DNA of 64,000 nucleotides from Escherichia coli (GTDB lineage Bacteria; Pseudomonadota; Gammaproteobacteria; Enterobacterales; Enterobacteriaceae): NCBI RefSeq assembly GCF_030013595.1, contig NZ_CP122768.1; one strand, 5' to 3'. Shown piece by piece: positions 60,160 to 64,000 of this stretch (position 1 is its first letter; each line of letters starts with the position of its first letter). The notes under the pieces were generated by a model. It saw only the letters and a program-made list of their open reading frames with translations, ran no database searches and was not told where the DNA came from. The position numbers and the translations under genes were made by a program.

Positions 60160-62862
60160 ATGAAATTAAATATATTTACTAAATCTATGATTGGTATGGG
60201 GCTGGTGTGTTCCGCTCTGCCAGCATTGGCAATGGAAGCATGGAATAACCAACAAGGTGGTAATAAATATCAGGTTATTTTCGATGGCAAAATTTATGAA
60301 AATGCCTGGTGGGTTTCTTCTACAAATTGCCCGGGAAAAGCAAAAGCAAATGATGCAACTAACCCATGGCGTTTAAAGCGTACCGCGACAGCTGCTGAAA
60401 TTAGTCAGTTTGGCAATACACTTTCCTGCGAAAAGAGCGGCAGCTCATCTTCTTCAAATTCAAATACGCCTGCATCCAATACGCCGGCTAATGGCGGTTC
60501 AGCTACACCAGCACAAGGCACTGTTCCGTCTAATTCTTCTGTAGTTGCCTGGAATAAACAGCAGGGCGGTCAGACCTGGTATGTCGTCTTTAATGGTGCG
60601 GTATATAAAAATGCCTGGTGGGTAGCCTCTTCTAACTGCCCGGGTGATGCGAAAGGCAATGATGCCAGCAACCCATGGCGTTATGTTCGTGCCGCTACGG
60701 CAACGGAAATCTCAGAAACCAGTAATCCACAGTCCTGTACTTCAGCACCACAGCCTGCGCCGGATGTGAAACCGGCACCGGACGTTAAACCGGCTCCTGA
60801 TGTTCAGCCAGCCCCAGCTGATAAGTCAAACGACAACTATGCTGTCGTAGCCTGGAAAGGTCAGGAAGGTTCTTCTACATGGTACGTTATCTACAACGGC
60901 GGCATTTATAAGAACGCCTGGTGGGTAGGCGCGGCAAATTGCCCAGGCGATGCGAAAGAAAACGATGCCAGCAACCCATGGCGTTATGTTCGCGCGGCAA
61001 CAGCAACAGAAATCAGCCAGTATGGTAACCCAGGCTCCTGTTCCGTTAAGCCGGATAATAATGGCGATGCTGTGACTCCGGTTGATCCAACTCCGGAAAC
61101 ACCGGAAACTCCGGTGACCCCAACCCCGGATAACAACGAGCCATCAACACCAGCGGATAGCGGTAACGATTACTCATTGCAAGCGTGGAGCGGCCAGGAA
61201 GGTAGCGAAATTTACCATGTCATCTTCAATGGTAATATCTATCAGAATGCCTGGTGGGTTGGTTCTGAAGATTGCCCACGTGGCACTAGTGCAGAAAACT
61301 CCAATAACCCATGGCGTCTCGTGCGTACAGCTACCGCTGCGGAAATGAGTCAGTACGGTAACCCGACTACCTGTGAAATTGATAATGGCGGCGTCATTGT
61401 TGCGGATGGTTTCCAGGCCAGCAAAGCGTACAGCGCGGACAGCATCGTAGATTATAACGATGCACATTATAAAACTTCTGTCGATCAAGGCGCATGGGGC
61501 TTTGTCCCAGGCGGTGATAACCCGTGGAAGAAATACGAACCGGCGAAAGCATGGTCCGCATCCACTGTGTACGTGAAAGGTGATCGCGTTGTTGTTGATG
61601 GGCAGGCTTATGAAGCGCTGTTCTGGACGCAAAGTGACAACCCTGCTCTGGTTGCGAACCAAAACGCCACCGGTAGCAATAGCCGCCCGTGGAAGCCGTT
61701 AGGTAAGGCTCAGAGCTATAGCAACGAAGAGCTGAATAATGCGCCGCAGTTTAATCCAGAAACGCTTTATACCAGCGATACGCTGATTCGCTTTAACGGT
61801 GCGAACTACATTTCTCAGAGTAAAGTGCAGAAAGTTTCTCCTTCTGACAGCAACCCGTGGCGTGTTTTTGTTGACTGGACCGGAACCAAAGAACGTGTAG
61901 GTACGCCGAAGAAAGCGTGGCCGAAACACGTTTATGCACCGTATGTTGACTTTACGCTGAATACGATCCCGGATCTGGCTGCGCTGGCTAAGAATCATAA
62001 CGTCAACCACTTCACGCTGGCGTTTGTGGTGAGTAAAGATGCGAACACCTGTCTGCCGACATGGGGTACCGCTTATGGTATGCAAAATTACGCTCAGTAC
62101 AGCAAAATCAAAGCCCTGCGTGAGGCTGGCGGCGATGTGATGCTGTCTATCGGTGGTGCTAACAACGCTCCGCTGGCTGCTTCCTGTAAGAACGTAGACG
62201 ATCTGATGCAGCATTATTATGACATCGTTGATAACCTGAACCTCAGAGTCCTGGACTTCGATATCGAAGGCACCTGGGTTGCGGATCAGGCATCTATTGA
62301 ACGTCGTAACCTTGCTGTGAAGAAAGTGCAGGATAAATGGAAGTCAGAAGGCAAAGATATTGCTATCTGGTACACCTTGCCAATTCTGCCGACTGGCCTG
62401 ACGCCGGAAGGGATGAATGTCCTGAGCGATGCCAAAGCGAAAGGTGTTGAGCTGGCGGGTGTGAACGTGATGACAATGGACTACGGTAACGCGATTTGTC
62501 AGTCTGCAAATACCGAAGGCCAGAACATTCACGGTAAGTGTGCAACGTCTGCGATTACCAACCTGCATTCACAATTGAAAGGCCTCCATCCCAACAAGAG
62601 CGATGCAGAAATTGACGCTATGATGGGTACCACGCCGATGGTTGGCGTGAACGACGTTCAGGGCGAGGTGTTCTATCTCTCTGATGCTCGTCTGGTCATG
62701 CAGGATGCGCAGAAGCGTAATCTCGGTATGGTTGGTATCTGGTCAATCGCGCGCGACCTGCCGGGCGGCACTAACCTGTCTCCGGAATTCCACGGCCTGA
62801 CTAAAGAACAGGCACCGAAGTACGCATTTAGCGAAATCTTCGCGCCGTTTACTAAGCAATAA
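60160..62862 (+). CDS. chiA: periplasmic endochitinase ChiA (four N-terminal chitin-binding modules plus GH18-like catalytic domain)
   Basis: 900 aa with signal peptide, four repeated AWxxQxGxxxYxVxFxGxxYxNAWWV...NPWR modules, Pro/Thr linkers and a C-terminal catalytic region. Confidence 0.93.
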   Translation: MKLNIFTKSMIGMGLVCSALPALAMEAWNNQQGGNKYQVIFDGKIYENAWWVSSTNCPGKAKANDATNPWRLKRTATAAEISQFGNTLSCEKSGSSSSSNSNTPASNTPANGGSATPAQGTVPSNSSVVAWNKQQGGQTWYVVFNGAVYKNAWWVASSNCPGDAKGNDASNPWRYVRAATATEISETSNPQSCTSAPQPAPDVKPAPDVKPAPDVQPAPADKSNDNYAVVAWKGQEGSSTWYVIYNGGIYKNAWWVGAANCPGDAKENDASNPWRYVRAATATEISQYGNPGSCSVKPDNNGDAVTPVDPTPETPETPVTPTPDNNEPSTPADSGNDYSLQAWSGQEGSEIYHVIFNGNIYQNAWWVGSEDCPRGTSAENSNNPWRLVRTATAAEMSQYGNPTTCEIDNGGVIVADGFQASKAYSADSIVDYNDAHYKTSVDQGAWGFVPGGDNPWKKYEPAKAWSASTVYVKGDRVVVDGQAYEALFWTQSDNPALVANQNATGSNSRPWKPLGKAQSYSNEELNNAPQFNPETLYTSDTLIRFNGANYISQSKVQKVSPSDSNPWRVFVDWTGTKERVGTPKKAWPKHVYAPYVDFTLNTIPDLAALAKNHNVNHFTLAFVVSKDANTCLPTWGTAYGMQNYAQYSKIKALREAGGDVMLSIGGANNAPLAASCKNVDDLMQHYYDIVDNLNLRVLDFDIEGTWVADQASIERRNLAVKKVQDKWKSEGKDIAIWYTLPILPTGLTPEGMNVLSDAKAKGVELAGVNVMTMDYGNAICQSANTEGQNIHGKCATSAITNLHSQLKGLHPNKSDAEIDAMMGTTPMVGVNDVQGEVFYLSDARLVMQDAQKRNLGMVGIWSIARDLPGGTNLSPEFHGLTKEQAPKYAFSEIFAPFTKQ
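60232..61377 (+). repeat. four tandemly arranged, diverged ~200-bp coding repeats (chitin-binding modules) and an 18-bp x3 tandem repeat (PAPDVK linker, 60754..60807)
   Basis: Protein modules at aa 25-91, 128-194, 229-295, 340-406 are mutually similar; the 18-bp unit is repeated three times in frame. Confidence 0.8.
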
Positions 62863-62869
62863 ATGTGTT

Positions 62870-62900
62870 GGCGATACCTTCCGGTATCGCCGCATTTTTT
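62870..62900 (+). terminator. chiA Rho-independent terminator
   Basis: ggcgatacc-ttcc-ggtatcgcc hairpin followed by T6. Confidence 0.85.
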
Positions 62901-63030
62901 GTCAATGGGCTACTTTTGGTAGCCCATTATTTTTATTCATATTTCTATTCTTTGCTTAAAAAAGAGTCTTTCCGTAATTGAAATAAGAACTATTTTCATT
63001 TATTTTTGAAGAAAGTATACGGGAGTCTCT

Positions 63031-63225
63031 ATGTACGTTTGTCTTTGTAATGGTATCAGCGATAAAAAAATTCGTCAGGCTGTGCGCCAGTTTTCCCCTC
63101 ATTCGTTCCAGCAATTAAAAAAATTTATTCCGGTCGGCAATCAGTGCGGTAAATGTGTCCGGGCCGCGCGTGAAGTGATGGAGGATGAATTAATGCAGTT
63201 GCCGGAGTTTAAGGAGTCCGCATAA
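63031..63225 (+). CDS. bfd: bacterioferritin-associated ferredoxin
   Basis: 64 aa, MYVCLCNGISDKKIRQAV... with Cys ligands for a [2Fe-2S] cluster. Confidence 0.95.
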   Translation: MYVCLCNGISDKKIRQAVRQFSPHSFQQLKKFIPVGNQCGKCVRAAREVMEDELMQLPEFKESA

Positions 63226-63296
63226 ACGGAGTGTGTTTTTTGACTTACTCGTAAGCCGTTCTACGCTTCAAAGAGTGGAAGCGAAGGAGTCAAAAA

Positions 63297-63773
63297 ATGA
63301 AAGGTGATACTAAGGTTATAAATTATCTCAACAAACTGTTGGGAAATGAGCTTGTCGCAATCAATCAGTACTTTCTCCATGCCCGGATGTTTAAAAACTG
63401 GGGTCTCAAACGTCTCAATGATGTGGAGTATCATGAATCCATTGATGAGATGAAACACGCCGATCGTTATATTGAGCGCATTCTTTTTCTGGAAGGTCTT
63501 CCAAACTTACAGGACCTGGGCAAACTGAACATTGGTGAAGATGTTGAGGAAATGCTGCGTTCTGATCTGGCACTTGAGCTGGATGGCGCGAAGAATTTGC
63601 GTGAGGCAATTGGTTATGCCGATAGCGTTCATGATTACGTCAGCCGCGATATGATGATAGAAATTTTGCGTGATGAAGAAGGCCATATCGACTGGCTGGA
63701 AACGGAACTTGATCTGATTCAGAAGATGGGCCTGCAAAATTATCTGCAAGCACAGATCCGCGAAGAAAGTTGA
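63297..63773 (+). CDS. bfr: bacterioferritin
   Basis: 158 aa, [37 protein letters not shown]... Confidence 0.98.
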
Positions 63774-63780
63774 GCCGTGT

Positions 63781-63800
63781 CGGGAGGGAGAACCCTCCCG
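63781..63800. terminator. bidirectional hairpin between convergent bfr and gspO
   Basis: cgggaggg-agaa-ccctcccg, perfect 8-bp stem. Confidence 0.7.
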
Positions 63801-63801
63801 G

Positions 63802-63979
63802 TTAATACGAGATCCAGGCCAGATACCCCAGGTTTATCATGCTGCCGAGCGCAAGCCACGGGCCGAATGCGATAGTGGTTATAGTCCGGCGTTGCAGAAG
63901 TTGTGAAACGATGGCGTAACCAATGCCACCCAGTGAGGCAATCAGCAGTATCATTGGCAACGTTTGCCAGCCACACCAC
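63802..63979 (-). CDS. gspO: prepilin peptidase GspO, C-terminal fragment (gene continues beyond window)
   Basis: Minus-strand translation ...GWQTLPMILLIASLGGIGYAIVSQLLQRRTITTIAFGPWLALGSMINLGYLAWISY* ending in TAA at 63802..63804. Confidence 0.8.
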
Positions 63980-64000
63980 GCGCCTGCAGCGGCCAGTAGC

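Noticed and set aside
60232-61377. Possibility that the regularly spaced ~200-bp repeats in this region are a CRISPR-like or other non-coding array
   Set aside because: The repeats are in frame within one 900-aa ORF, encode conserved Trp/Cys-containing binding modules, and the intervening segments are Pro/Thr/Ser linkers. No short identical direct repeats with unique spacers occur anywhere in the window.

Overview
This window reads as a contiguous stretch of Escherichia coli core chromosome running from the 3' end of envZ to the 3' end of gspO, in the inverse orientation of the K-12 map. I did not find a convincing novel multi-gene system such as a defence island, prophage, CRISPR array or secretion system. 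Gene calls rest on recognising the translated ORFs and their synteny from memory; no database search was run. In order the window carries pckA, yhgE, hslO-hslR, yrfG, igaA, nudE, mrcA, hofMNOPQ, aroK-aroB-damX-dam-rpe-gph-trpS, the uncharacterised yhfZ-yhfY-yhfX-yhfW-php-yhfU-yhfT-yhfS cluster, yhfL, cysG-nirCDB, tsgA, ppiA, yhfG-fic-pabA, argD, yhfK, crp, yhfA, prkB, yheUTS, kefGB-yheV, slyD, slyX, fkpA, yheO-tusDCB, the str operon (rpsL-rpsG-fusA-tufA), chiA, bfd and bfr. The strain is not K-12: rpsG encodes the 156-aa S7 form. The features worth a second look are: (1) an IS200 copy inserted between the convergent envZ and pckA genes; (2) an in-frame amber codon truncating hofM; (3) apparent absence of the frlABCDR operon between yhfS and yhfL; (4) the cryptic yhfZ-yhfS cluster with perfect palindromes in front of yhfZ and yhfX; (5) a YhfG-Fic pair whose small partner carries an SxxxEG inhibitory-helix-like motif while Fic has a degenerate active-site motif. 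All coordinates include the stop codon.
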